Origin: Scenedesmus sp. PABB004
Lineage: Eukaryota
Assembly (NCBI GenBank): GCA_014905635.1
Contig: JABVCE010000040.1
Span: 62,001-126,000, forward strand
Length of the DNA stretch: 64,000 nucleotides
Direction: 5' to 3'
This document shows, one piece after another, positions 44,346 through 56,899 of this stretch. The translations under genes and the position numbers were made by a program. Position 1 is the stretch's first letter, and every line of letters starts with the position of its first letter. The notes under the pieces are model-generated. The model worked only from the letters and a program-made list of their open reading frames with translations, was not told the origin of the DNA and ran no database searches.

Positions 44346-45858
44346 GCACGCGGGGGCCTGGTCGCCGGCCGCCAGCTGGCCGTGCGGCGCGCGGCGCGTA
44401 GCGCGTGGCGCTCGGCCGCCGCCCTCGCCCGTCCCGCGCGGCCCACCTGCAGCGCCGCGCGCATGACCGCCGCGCGCGCGTCAAAACTCTTGACCTGCGC
44501 AAACCCCGCGAGCTTCTGGGCGCGCACGCGGCCCATCCAAGGCAGGTCGACGTCAAACTGCTTCACCCGCCACGCGCCTCGCATGAGCAGGGTGGCCGAC
44601 GGCGGGCCGCCGCCGGGCGCGGCCGCGATCGCTGCGAGGTGGGCGCTGGTCAGGCCGCCGCCGACGATGACCACGCGCTCGCCCGGCAGCAGCAGGCCCG
44701 CGCGCTGCAGCGCGGCGGCCGCGCCGCGGGTGCTGCCGCCGGGGCCGCGCGCGCCCGCCGCCGCCGCCGCCTCGGCCAGCTCCCAGGCGTGCATCATGCG
44801 GCCGTGCGGGAAGGTGCCCGGCGGCGGCTCGTCGGCCGCGCACGCGTCGCACCCGCACGCGCTGCTGCTGGGGCTGCCGCCGAGGCTGTTGCTGGCCCAG
44901 CCGCTGCTGTCGCTGGGCGTGCTGACCACGCTGCCGCACTCGCTTGAATCGTCACGCGCACCGCAGGCGCCGTCCACGCTGCCGTCGCCGCCGTCGTCGC
45001 GGCCGCCGGTGCCGGCCGCGGCCTTGCCAGCAACGCCGGCTGGCGGCGCCGGCGGCGGCAGCGCTTGCAGGTGGCTCAGCGCCGGCGGGACGCGTGCACG
45101 ATTGGTGGAGCCGACGGCCAGCACCACCTTGCGTGCGACCAGCTGCCGGCCGCTGGCCAGGCCCACCAGCCAGTGCTGCACGGGCGGCGGCGCCGCGGCC
45201 GCTGCGGTGCCGCCGGGCCGCTGCGGCGCCGCGTGCACGGGCGTGAGGCTGACCACCTGCGTGGCCCGGGGCGGGCGGCGCGTGTCAAGGGCCCCGGCCC
45301 GCGGCCCCTGGGCGCGCAGCGGCCGCCCGCGCCACCAGCCTGCGTCACCCGTGGAGAGCGCACCTGGTCGGCGATCACGCAGTCGTCCAGGCAGTAGCGG
45401 CGCACGAGATCGGCGCAAAAGGCCTCAAATAGCGCCGACCCCGGCACGTGGAACGGGCCCGCAAAGTCAGCAGACTTGGCGACCTCGGTCAGCGGGCGCA
45501 GCTCGGCCAGGCGGCGCTGCTCGGCGGCGTACGTGGCGAGCGCGTGCGTGTCGAGGGGGTCGGGGTGGACCGCCGAGCTCGAGCGCAGGTGGGCGATGCC
45601 TAGGCCGGCAAACTGCGTGCGCCAGCGCCCGAGCCACGCGCCGGCCGGGTCCACGACCGCGACGCGCGCGAGCACCGCCGCCGTGGCGGCGCGGTGCTCG
45701 GCGGAGCCGCGCTGGCGCGACCAGTGGCGCAGGACGGCGGCCTTGGGCGTGGTCTTGCGCGTCGCCGCGTCGGGCTCGGGGTCGGGCGCGGGCTCCAGCA
45801 GCCGCGTGAGCGCCGCCAGCGCGTGCGGGCCCGCGCCCACGAACAGCAGGTCGAGCAT
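43579..45858 (-). CDS. FAD/NAD(P)-binding oxidoreductase (lysine/ornithine N-monooxygenase-like)
   Basis: FAD motif LLFVGAGPHAL; W..QF..LGIAHLRS..HPDP; NAD(P) motif VVIVGGGLTSAHL; LWLATG; GAYAALQLGPGALNLAGA. Confidence 0.8.
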
Positions 45859-46123
45859 GGCGACGACGATCGGTGCCAGCGACAGCGAGCAGCGAAAGCG
45901 GTGACGCCCGCCGCTACGAGCCGACCGCGGTGGTGTGAAGCGCGCCTGGCGCCGCGATCGCGGTGGTGTGGAGCCTGTCAGACGCGTGAAAGTCCAGGCT
46001 GGCGCGCCGGGGCGTACGTGCGGCGCGGGGCTGTGTACGTGATCGTACCGGCGGCGACCGCTGCCGGCACATTTTCAGTCCCGCCTGCGTCCGCTCGTGG
46101 CCTCCTCCCCCCGCCCCGCTCCC

Positions 46124-47066
46124 TCACTTCTTGCGGTGGTACACGCTGCGATACGACACGGTCTCGCCGCCCACGGTGATGGCGCTGTCGATGTGCAGCG
46201 TGTCGGGGGCGGGGAGGGTGAAGGTGTCGGTGCCGACGCCGCCATAGGGCGGCCCCCACTCGAGCGACAGCACCAGCGTGTTGGGCGACGGCGCGCTCGC
46301 GGTGCCGCGGTGCCCGCCACGCCGAAAGTCTCGCCGGCGGCAGCGGCTCGGGCTGCCGTCCAGCGCATACCTCTCCGACACCTGAGCTCGGCGCCGCGCG
46401 CGGCGAGGCCTCGCATGCCTAGAGCGCAGCTGCCGCGCGGCGCGGCCGCCGCGGGCGGGGCGGTGCGCGCGCGCCCACCGCCGCGCTGTGCTGCCCGCGC
46501 CCCACCCACCTTGAACCAGGAGAGGACGCTGAACACGGCCATGCTGAAGCTCGCCTCGTCCTGGGTGATCTGCACGCCCCGGATGAGCTTGATCGCCTGC
46601 CGCAGCAGCCCGCCCAGGCCCATGAGGGCCACGGCGGCAGACATAGAGTCGCTCGCCGCCTTGTCCTGCGCCCGCGGCGCGGCGGCGCGCGTGGGGGCCG
46701 GGCGCGGCGCGTGCTGCGCGACCTGCGCTGCCTGCTGCCCCGGCGGGCGGGCTGGCCGCCCCTGTCGCGCCGACGGCGCGCGCCAGTGCGCGCGCACCTT
46801 GACCCACGTGCCTGCGGGCGTGGCGGCGGCACGGGGCGTTGGGCAGCGGGCGAGCAGGCGGCTGGCGGGAACGAGCCGCTGCCCAGCGGTCGGCACCGCC
46901 GCGTCGCGTGCGCCGCCGCACCCGAAAAGTTGGTCGTCAGCCTGGCCTGCGCCCCCTGCGGCTTGCGGGCCCAGGGCATGTGCAGGCCGTGCGGGTGGCC
47001 AGCTCCCACGCTCGCAAACGGCGGCGCAAAGTGCACCGCCGCCGGGCAGCGCCGCGGCGCCAGCAT
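46124..47066 (-). CDS. Calycin (lipocalin/FABP)-like protein with transit peptide
   Basis: NFSG|TWVK|DKAASD (GxW motif) followed by a helix pair and alternating beta strands, ending RSVYHRKK. Includes a 14-nt exon at 46798-46811. Confidence 0.6.
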
Positions 47067-47409
47067 CGCGTCTGTGCGTGCGGCCGCCGGCGGTGCTGCG
47101 CCGGCGTTGCTGTGGCGCCGGCGCGTCCGTGCGGCCGCGGGTGGGCGGTGCTGCGGCGGCGGCACTGGCAGCGGCGCAGCGCAGCGCGGAAGGCAGCGGC
47201 GGCGCGTCTCAGCGTAACGCGCTGAGCCCTGGCGGTGTAGAGCGACGCTGACCGCATGCGCCCGCATGCGCCCGCATCGCGCGCTCACCAGGCACGCCGG
47301 CCACACGCAGGGCCGTGCGTGGGGCGCAGAGCGCACGGCATCAGCCGCCGCTGCTCGCGCCGCGCCGTGCCGCCCCTGAGCTCGCTGGGCGCGCCCGCCG
47401 TGACCCGCC

Positions 47410-50283
47410 ATGGCCGTGCCCTCGCCCCACCTGGCCGCCTTCTTCCCCGGCCTGCCGGCCGACGCGCCGCCGTGGGCGCCGCCGCCGGGCGACGCGGCGG
47501 CGCGGGACCGCATCGCCCTGCTTGCGCACTACGCCATGACCAGCGGCCCCGCGTTCCTCGCCACCGTGGCGGCCAACCACGGCGACAGCCCCGACTACGC
47601 GTTCCTCCGCGGCGGCGCGGGCGCTGACTTTTACCGCTGGGCGCTGTTCGCGATCGGGTGTGGCCTCTCCCCGCTCGACCCGCCGCCGCCGGCGGGCTTC
47701 GTCCCGCCGGCGCTGGCGCAGCAGCAGGCGCAGCAGCAGCAGGCGCAGCAACAGCAGCCGGGCGCCGGCTACTACGGTCAGCAGCTGCAGCAGCCGCAGC
47801 CGCAGCAGCCGCCCCAGCAGCTCCCTTCGCCGCCGCAGCCGGCGGTGCCGCCGGAGGTCGCCAGCGGGTTCGGCCAGGTGCTGGAGGCACTCACGGGCAG
47901 CAAGGTGCGGGCTGTGGGCGTCACACGCGCCGTGGCCGCAGCGCCGGCGCGCGCCGCCCGCCGACGCGCCGGCCGGCCGCCCGCCCGCCCGCCCGGCCCG
48001 CCGCGCCGCCAGGACTCGATCAAGGCCGGGCAGGGCTGGTTCTCCGCGTGCGCGCGCCACGCGCCGGGCCTCGCGCACATGATGGCGGCGCGCGCGGCGG
48101 CGCTCGTCGCCGGCGGCGGGGCGGGCGCGTTTGAAAAGGCGCTGCATCTCGTCTACCTGGCAAACGACATCCTTTTCAAATCCTTCACCCAGCAGCAGCA
48201 GGCGCAGGCGCAGCAGCAGGCGGCGCAGCAGCAGGCGGCGGAGCCCGACTTCTGCGCGGTGCGCGCCGCGTTCGCGCCGGCGCTCGGCGTGCTCATCGCA
48301 GCCGCGGCGGGCGCGGCGCGGCGCGCCGGCGACGCCGACGGCGGCGCCAAGGTGGACAGGATGCTCGCGTTCTGGGCGAGCAAGGGGCTGCTCGACGGCG
48401 GCGCCGTGGCGGCGCTGCAGGCCGAGGCGGCCGCCGGCGACGCGGCTGCCGCGCTCGCGCGGGCCTACCCTGTGCAGGCGGTGCAGCAGCCGATGCAGCA
48501 GCAGCAGCCGCCTGCGTATCAGCAGGTGCCTGCGTACCAGCAGCAGCAGCAGCCCTCGTACCAGCAGCAGCAGCAGCCCGCGTACCAGCAGCAGCAGCCC
48601 GGGTACCAGCAGCAGCAGCCTGCATATCAGCAGCAGCAGCAGCCCGCGTATCAGCAGCAGCAGCAGCCTGCGTACCAGCAGCAGCAGCAGCAGCCCGCGT
48701 ACCAGCAGCAGCCGGCACAGGGCGGCTGGGGCGCGCCGCTGCCCCACGCAGGCCAGCAGGCACCCGGCTGGGGCGCGCCGCCGCCGCAGTCGGGCTGGGG
48801 CGCGCCGCAGGGCGCGCCGCCTGCCTGGCCCAGCCATGACACGCCGGGGCAGCCGCCGGTGCAGTACGGCCACCCCGCGCCGCACGCGGACGCCGCGTCG
48901 CACGGGCACCACGCGCCGCCAGCAGGTGCGCGGTCGTGCGCGCCGGCGGGCGTGTCGCTGCTGCCCCGGCGCCGCCGCCGCCCGCGAGCTCACCGCGCCC
49001 GCCCGCCCGCCCGCCCACCTGCGCGCAGCGCCGCCGCCGCCGCAGCAGCAGCAGGACGCCGCGATGGCCGCCGCGATCGCGGCCGCGGCGGCCGCGGCGG
49101 CGGCGGCCGCCGCCGCCGCGCAGACGGCGGCGCAGCAGGCCGCGGCGGCCGCGGCGGCGGGCCCGCCGGCCGAGCCGGTGAGCAGCTTCAACTTCCCGCC
49201 GGGGCTCATCCCCTCGCTCGTGCGTGAGAAGAGCCGCTACGCTGACGCCTACGCGCCGCTCGACCCCGCCGAGATTGAGGCCGCGGGCCTGCCGCCGCCG
49301 CCGGTGCGCGACGCATACCTGCGCAGCCGGCTTGCCAAGTTCACGCTCGAGGTGCGCGCGTGTGCGCGCGTGTGCGTGCGCCGCGCCGCACTGTCCCTCG
49401 CGTGCGCCGCGTGCCCGACGCGTCGCGGACGGCGCTGTGTTGCGTGTGCTGGGCTCGTTGCCGTGTTGCTGTCATGTTTTTTTGAGGCGCGCCGTCGCGG
49501 CCTCGGGCTCGGGGCTCGACTCAACCCACGCGCACGCGCGCCGCCGCCCCTGGGGCACACACACCCACGCGCACGCGCGCCGCCGCCCCTGGGGCACACA
49601 CGCACACACAGATCCGGGACTACAAACCCGGCACGAGCCGCGCCGACATGGAGGAGGCCCGCGCGACGGCGCGCGCGCAGCAGGGGCTGGAGCCCGACAG
49701 CGACGAGGCGCGCGGCGCGGCGCGGCGCGTCGCGGGGGCCGCCGCGCGCCGCGCGCCGGCTGCCCCGCGCGCCCAGCGCTGCCCCGCCAATCGTGCCGCG
49801 CCCGCCGCGCGCCCGCCTGCCTGGATGCTCCGCGCAGGAGCTCGCGCTCGGCACGAGCGGCAGCCGGCTCGTGCGGCGCGCGGCGCTCGGCTGGGGCGCG
49901 GGCGCGGGCGGCTCGGACGCGCGCAGCGCGCGGCGCGGCGTGGTCGGCGGCATGGCGGACGACGGCAGCTACGTCGGCCCCGGCGGCGGTGAGCGGCGCG
50001 GGCGGCGGGGCGCGCGGGGGCTGGTGCTGCTGCTGCCGTCGGCGGTCGCAGCGGGGCGCCGAGCGGCGGCGGCGCCCCGCCGACGCGCGCGCCGCGCCGC
50101 GCCGCCGCCGTCGCAGGCCGCGGCGAGCGGCTCGGCCTCGGCGCGCACGGCGCGAGCGCCGCCGCCGAGGACGCGGCCCTGGGCGACGTGTACAGCAGCT
50201 ACCGGCGGCTGCGCAGCAGCAGCTACCACGAGGCCATCGCGAGCGGCGCGGGCGTGTCCAACATGGCGCGCGGCGGGCGGTGA
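47410..50283 (+). CDS. CHERP-like SURP + CID (Pol II CTD-interacting) splicing factor
   Basis: SURP: RIALLAHYAMTSGPAF...DYAFLRGGAGADFYRW. CID: LTGSK|DSIKAG...KALHLVYLANDILF. Also FPPGLIPSLV..YAPLDP and C-terminal DVYSSYRRLRSSSY. Confidence 0.82.
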
Positions 50284-50537
50284 TGGGCGAGGGCGCGCGT
50301 CGGCGAGAGCGGCGAGGGGCCACCTCAGCGCGCAGCTGTTGTGGGCACGGGGCGTGGCCCACAACCACCACACGCACTGGAAGAATGACCGGCAGCGGCA
50401 CAGCGGAACCGCCGCCGCCCGCCGCCCGCGCAGCCGCCGCGACGGCAGCCCAACCGCTCGCGTCCAGCAGGCGCACACCCAAAACCACGCGCAAGTCGCG
50501 TCTTGAGCGCGCACACACCCGCGTGATCGACCACGAG

Positions 50538-52325
50538 ATGGCCCGCCTCGTGCTGCTGCTGCTCGCGGCTGGCGCGGCGCTGGGCGCGCGCGTGGAGGAT
50601 CAGACGCTGCGACTCGTCGGCGTGCCGGAGGCCTCGGCGCACCAGCAGGCGCGCGCGGGCGAGCAGCAGCTCGCGGACAAGGCCGGCGCGCTGCCGGCGG
50701 TGCTCTGGCACGGCATGGGCGACTCCTGCTGCTCCCTCGCCTCCACGGGCGCGATCAAGAAGCTGATCGAGGACAAGCTCGGTGCGTCGCCGCCGCCGCC
50801 GCCGCTCGGGCTAAGCGGTGACCGCCGTGCTGGCGCGCAGCTGGCGGCGCCCCCCCCCGCGGCGCCGCCTGCGCTCCTCCGGGCGACGCCGCGCCCGCCC
50901 GGCAGCGCGGCGCCGACGCCTGGCTCCGCGCGCCGCCGGCCGCCCGACGCGTCGCGCGCCGTCGCCCGCGCCGCGCAGGCGTGTTTGTGCACAGCATCGC
51001 CACCGGCAGCGGCGAGTACGCCGACGTGTGGAGCTCCTTCTATGGCAACGTCAACACCCAGGCACGCGCAGCACCACACCACACGCGCGCCGGCCCTCAC
51101 ACGCAGGCCCGGCGGCGTCCGGCCCTCCCTCGCACACGCACAGCCGCCCGCCCGCAGGTCGACAAGGTGTGCGACGAGCTCGCGGGCATGCCCCAGCTCA
51201 AGGGCGGCTTCAACATGGTCGGCTTCAGCCAGGGCGGCCAGTTCCTGCGGGTGCGGCGCCCGCGCGGTTCGACGGCGGTTCAGGGCGGTTCAGGGCGAGC
51301 GCGGCGCGCGCGCCCGCCGCCGGTCCCACACGCCGCGCCGCGCGCCCGCCCCGCAGGCGGTGGTGGAGCGCTGCGGGCACAAGCTGCCGCCCGTGCATAC
51401 GCTCATCACGCTCGGCGGGCAGCACCAGGGCGTCGCCAACACGCCCGGCTGCGCCGTCGACCTCGCGGGCGCGGCGGCCAAGGCGTGCAGCGCGATGCAG
51501 CTGCTGCTCGCGCGCGGCGCGTACGCGCCGTGGGTGCGGGACAACCTCGTGCAGGCGCAGTACTTCAAGGTGCGGGACGGGGAGAGAGGCGGGGGCTCTC
51601 CCCGCGCAGCGCGACGCAGCGCAGCGCCGCCCCTCCGCCCGCGCGCGCCCTCCTCCCTCCCCGCGACCGCTCCCTAACAATCGTCATGTATAACGCCCGC
51701 CGCCGCCGCACATGACAACGTGACAACGTAACAACCTGACAGGACCCGCACAACCTCGACGAGTACCTGTCGTCCAACGTCTTCCTGCCCGACATCAACA
51801 ACGAGCGCCCCGACAAGGAGCCGGGCTACGCGCGCAACCTCGCGGCGCTGAAGCGCCTCGTGCTGTACCGCTTCGACGAGGACACCACCGGTGCGGCGCG
51901 CGCGGCGCGGGGCGCGGCGCGGCGCGCGGGCCGCTGGGGCGGCGCGGAGCCGCGGAGGCGCTGGGCCGGCGCGCGGGGTGCGCGTGCGGAGGGGGCGGGA
52001 GTTGAGGCTCGCGGCCGAGCGCGCGCGCGCCGCCTTTGACGCCGCCGCCGCCGCCGCCGCCGCTGCCGCTGCCGCCGCAGTCGTGCCGCGCGACTCGGCG
52101 TGGTTTTCGTTCTGGGACGGCGACGCGACGGTGACGCCTCTGTTTGAGCAGCCGATTTTCAAGGAGGACTGGATCGGGCTCAAGCGCCTCTACAACGCGG
52201 GCGGGCTGGAGCTCAAGTCGGCGCCGGGGGAGCACATGCAGTTCACGCTCGACTGGTTTGACGCCGAGATCATCCAGGGCTACCTGGCCGCCGCGCCCGA
52301 CGCGCCCGACGCGCCCGAGGCGTGA
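50538..52325 (+). CDS. PPT1: Palmitoyl-protein thioesterase 1
   Basis: Signal peptide; VLWHGMGDSCC, GFSQGGQFLR (nucleophile Ser), TLGGQHQGV, LVQAQYFK|DP, FLPDINNE, EDWIGLK, GEHMQF. Confidence 0.94.
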
Positions 52326-53027
52326 GCGCCGCGTCCGCCAGGCCGCGCCGCCCGTGGCCGCGCCGGCGGCGCGCGAGCGCGCGCGCGGGAGGGCGGCGGG
52401 GCGGGGCCGCCCCGTGTTTCGTGTGCTGGCGGCGGGCGGGCGGGGCTGCGTGTGCGTGCGTCGCCCTCTGTGTGTGCACGCGCAGGCGCGGGGAGGGAGG
52501 GCGGCCTCTGCCCGGTTTTGACGTGCCGCGCCGGGGCGGCGCCCTCTGCCGCCGCCCCGCGCGGCTGCCGTTGCGAACGGCAGCTGTTGTGCTCGACCAA
52601 CGGATGCCGGCTGGGCTGTTAAGAAGCGCGTGCTGCTGGCAGTCTGCGCATGGGTCTCGGCTGCGGCGCGCGCGGGGCGCGCGGGCGCTGGCGGGCGGCT
52701 GCGTGTGGAGCGCCGCCGCCGCCACGCGCTCGGGCCTGCGCACAAATTCAGTGACTGCGGGTTGCTGGGTTGTTCGGGCAAACTTGGAGACCTCAACCGC
52801 CGTCGCCGCGCGCAAACGCGTCTGTCGCCGCGGCGCCGGGCGCGCAGTCGCGCGCACCAGCGGTTGAGACGGCAAGCAGCGACGACGCCGCATCGTCGTC
52901 AGCGCAGCCCCGACTCTGCCCGCCAAGACGGCGCTGCTCGCGCAGTGCGCTCGCTGCCGCCGCACTGCTCGCCGCGCCGCGCGAGCTCGCAGCCCGCCGG
53001 TGGGCAGAGCCGAGCATCTGCTCAGTC

Positions 53028-56000
53028 ATGGAGTCCCTGCTGGCGGACATCAGCAACCGCCCCGCAGCGGGCGGCGCGGCGCCGCCGCTGAAGACCTTTG
53101 AGCGCCGGCGCCAGCAGCGGGTGCGGCCGCCCAGGGCCCCCCACCGGCCTCCACGCTGCACCTGGACCGCGTGCCGACCCACCCCGCCGCCCGCCGCAGG
53201 CGGTGCCGGCCTGCGACGAGGGCGAGGCCGTGCCGGCCACGCCGTGCAGCGCTGCCTCCAGCCCCGCCACCAGCAGCTGCGCCAGCGCCCCGACGGCGCC
53301 GCCCTCCGCCCTGGACACCACCACCACGCAGCTGGGCGGCGGCGCGGCGGCGCAGCGGCGCGGGCGCGGCGCGCGGCGCAGCTCGGTGCTGCTGCCCGCG
53401 GCCGCGCTGCCGGGCGCCCGCGGCGGCGAGGCGCCCGCGTCGCGCTCGCTGCTGCTGCAGCGCATGTCGCGCGCGCGCCGCGAGGCCTTTGAGGCGCACA
53501 CCCAGCAGCTGGCTGACTATTACGCTGAGGTGCGGCCGGGCCGCCGCAGCGCGTTGCCTGGCTGGTGTCTGCGGGCCAGCCAGTGCCGCTGGGAGGGCCC
53601 AGCCGCCGGCCGATCGCCGCGCCGCCCGCGCGGCGCAGGTGGACCGCTTTGAGCTGGTTGAGGAGAGCCCAGGCGGCGCGCAGACGGCGGCAAAGACGCG
53701 GCGCCGCGCGGCGCAGCCGCCGCCCTCGCCCGCCGTGCCGCCCGGCATCTCGCGCCTGGTGGAGGGCCTGGCCTGCCGCTCGCCCCAGACCATCTTCAGC
53801 CTGCGCCGCCGCTCCGCCAGCCTGGCCGCCAGCCTGGCTGCGGGCGGCAGCGACGACGAGCGGTGCAGCGACGACGAGCGCAGCTGCGACGCCGCCGGCG
53901 GCGAGCAGCCGGAGGCGGTGGGCGGCCGACGCAGCGCACTGGCGAGCGAGCTGGCCGCAGCGACGCCTGCGAGCGAGCTGGCGGCAGCGACCCCCACCGC
54001 TCGGCTGCCGGCGGGCTCGGCGCGCAGCAGCCTGGCGTCCTGCACGCCCGATGGCGCGGCGCCGCCCTCGGCAGAGGCAGCGGCGGCGCCTGGCAGCGCC
54101 GTCGTACCCGATCTGCGGTGCAGCCCGCCCCCGGCGGGGGCTGCGAGCGGCAGCCCGCCGGCGGCGGCGGCGGCCGCGCTGGGCGAGGCGGAGCAGCTGG
54201 CGCAGCGGCTAGAGCAGCTTGTGGTCGACGCGGGCGGCGACCAGCTGCCCGACCTGGCGGCCACGACGCCCGAGCCCAGCCGCAAGCAGCCGCAGCGTGC
54301 GCGCAAGCAGCCCCAGGCGCCCCCGGCGGCGAGGGAGCCCAGCCAGCGGCAGCAGGCGCGGCGCAAGCAGCGGGACGCTGCAGCGGCGGAGGAGGAGCGC
54401 GGGGAGGACCAGGAGGCGCAGCAGCCTGTGGCAGACCAGCAGCAGGACGCGCAGCAGCTGCCGGCCGCGCACGCTGGCGCCGCAGAGCAGCAGCTGGACG
54501 AGCAGCAGCTGGCGGCGCTGATGCAGCAGCTGTCGGCCGACGCCGCGGCGCAGCAGCTGGCCGAGCTGCAGCTGGCGGCGGCGGCGACCGCGGCGCTGAC
54601 GCCGCTGCAGCAGATGCTGCAGGCCTGCGGCCAGCCGGTGCGCGCCGGGCTGCGGCGCCGCGAGCCGGCCGGCGCGCCGCTTGCGCGCGTGCCTCACGCC
54701 GCGCACATGACCCTGCCCTGCTGCTGCTGCTGCTGCTGCGCTCGGCGCCGCCGCCGCCAGGTGGAGCTGGAGGCCGTGCCCAGCCTCAAGCAGTTCATCG
54801 GGCGCGTCACAGACATGAAGCAGGCGCGTGGGGCGCGGCGGCCAACCCAACCGCCCCAGCCAACGGGGCCGCCTGCTGCCTCTCTCCCGCGCGCCGCGCC
54901 GCTCTTCTCTGCCCCACGCGCGCCCGCGCCCCCGCCCGGGCCCCGGCGCCGCCGCCGCCGCAGGTGGTCAAGCTCGGCGAGGGCACGTACGGCGAGGCGT
55001 TCAGGGCGGGGCCGGTCGTGCTCAAGCTGGTGCCGATGGAGGGCGCCGCGCACATCAACGGCTGGCCCCAGAAGGGCGCGGCCGACCTGCTGGCCGAGGC
55101 GGTCATTGCGACGACGCTGTCGGGGCTGCGCGACGACGCCGACGCGGCCGGTGCGGCGCGGCGGGCGCTGGGCGCGCGCGGCGCTGGGCGTCGGGCGCGG
55201 CGCGCGGGCGGGCGGGCGCGTCAGCCCCTGCCGCCTGCGACCGCCGCGTCCGCCGCAGGCGTGCCGTACCCGAGCCACACGCGCGCGTTTGTGCAGACGC
55301 ACGCGGTCGGCGTCGCGCGGGGGCCGTACCCCGCGCCGTTTGTGCGCGCGTGGCGCGCGTGGGACAAGGCCAACACGTCGGGTGCGGCCGCCGCCCGCCG
55401 CCACCGCGTTGCCGCGCGGCTCCGCGGCCTCCCTCGCACCGCGCCGACCGTGCGGCCGAATGCCGCACGCCGCGCCGCCGCGCCCGCCGGCGTGCTGCCC
55501 GTCCCAACGCGTGCCCGGCGCGCCCGCCGCTGCGCACGGCGCACGGCAGAGAACGATGCCATCGACTCCCACCCGCCCGACCAGCTGTACGCCGTCTTTG
55601 CCATGGCCGACTGCGGGCGCGACCTCGAGGGCTGGCAGCTCGCCGGCTTTGACCAGGCGCGCGCGGTGATCCTGCAGGTGGGCGCCGGGCGCGCGGGGCG
55701 CCGCGCGCAGCCGGCGCGCCGGCAGCCACGCGGCGGGCTCGGGGCGCGCGCCGGCGGTCGCCGCGCGTCAGACCTCGGCCGCGACCCCCCGCGCCGCGCG
55801 CCGCCGCCGCGCAGGTCGCGCTCGCGCTCGCTGTCGGCGAGGACTCGCTCGCGTTTGAGCACCGCGACCTTCACTGGGGCAATGTCATGCTGCGCCCCGC
55901 GCCGCCCGGCGGCGCCGCGACCGCGCGGCTGCGCGGCGCGGCCGTGCGCGTCGCGACGCACGGCGCGGAGGTCTGCCTCATCGATTTCACCGCCAGCCGG

Positions 56001-56599
56001 CTGCAGGTCCGCCGCCGCCGCCCGCGCTCCGCCGCCGCCGCCGCCGCGCCGCGCGGCCGCCTCCCCGCGCGACGAGCGCGCGCCCCGCGCGCTGAATGCC
56101 GCCCCCGCCTCCCGTCCCGCCCGGCGCCGCCGCCGCCGCCGCCCGGCCCGCGCGCGCGCGGCAGACGCCGTCGGGCGGCGTCGCCTTTTGCGACCTCGAG
56201 GCGGAGGAGGGGCTCTTTGACGGCCCCGCCGGCAAGCCCCAGTTTGAGACCTACAGGTGACGCGGGGCGCGGGAGGCGGGGCGCGGGAGGCGGGGCGCGC
56301 GAGCCGCCCCGTGGGGGGGGGGTCGGGCGTGTGTGTTGACCGCCGTCCGCCGCGCGGCGCGGCGCAGGCGCATGCGCGCGCTCACCGGCGGCGACTGGGC
56401 GGGGTCGCACCCCTGCACCAACGCGGCGTGGCTGCGGTACCTCGCGGAGTTGATGCTGAGCGCCGACAAGCCCATCCCGGGCGCGACCGCGGCGCAGCGG
56501 CGCCGCCTGCGCGAGTTTGGCCGCCGCGCGGCGGGCTACGCGTCGGCGGGCGAGGCGCTCTGGGACGAGCTGTTCGCCGGGCTGTGGGCGGTGGAGTGA
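53028..56599 (+). CDS. Haspin Ser/Thr kinase
   Basis: KLGEGTYGEAF, FEHRDLHWGNV, IDFTASRL, LFDGP..PQFETYRRMR, HPCTNAAWLRYL, after a long disordered N-terminus. Confidence 0.92.
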
Positions 56600-56899
56600 G
56601 GCGGGGCCGGGCGGGGCGCGGCGGGCGGCCGGGCGGCGGCCGCGGGGAGCACGAGGCGCGCGTTGCACACGCCGCCCGCGCGCCACGGGGCGCGCGTGCG
56701 GTGGCAGGCCGAACAAAAAACTGCCCGCGCGCCCTCGACGCTCCGCTCACAAGGAATTTCAGCGCCGCCGGCTGCCGCGCCTGCCTGCCCGGGCCGCTGC
56801 CGCGCCTGCCTGCCCGGGCCGCTGCCGCGCCCCCCCCCCCCCCTCTCGGGCGGGCGCGCCGTTGCACCGCCGGCCCGCCGCTGCCGCTCGTGCTGCGGC

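Noticed and set aside
48490..48715. (QQQQPAY)n repeats as a separate element
   Set aside because: It is an ordinary low-complexity coding region inside the CHERP-like gene.
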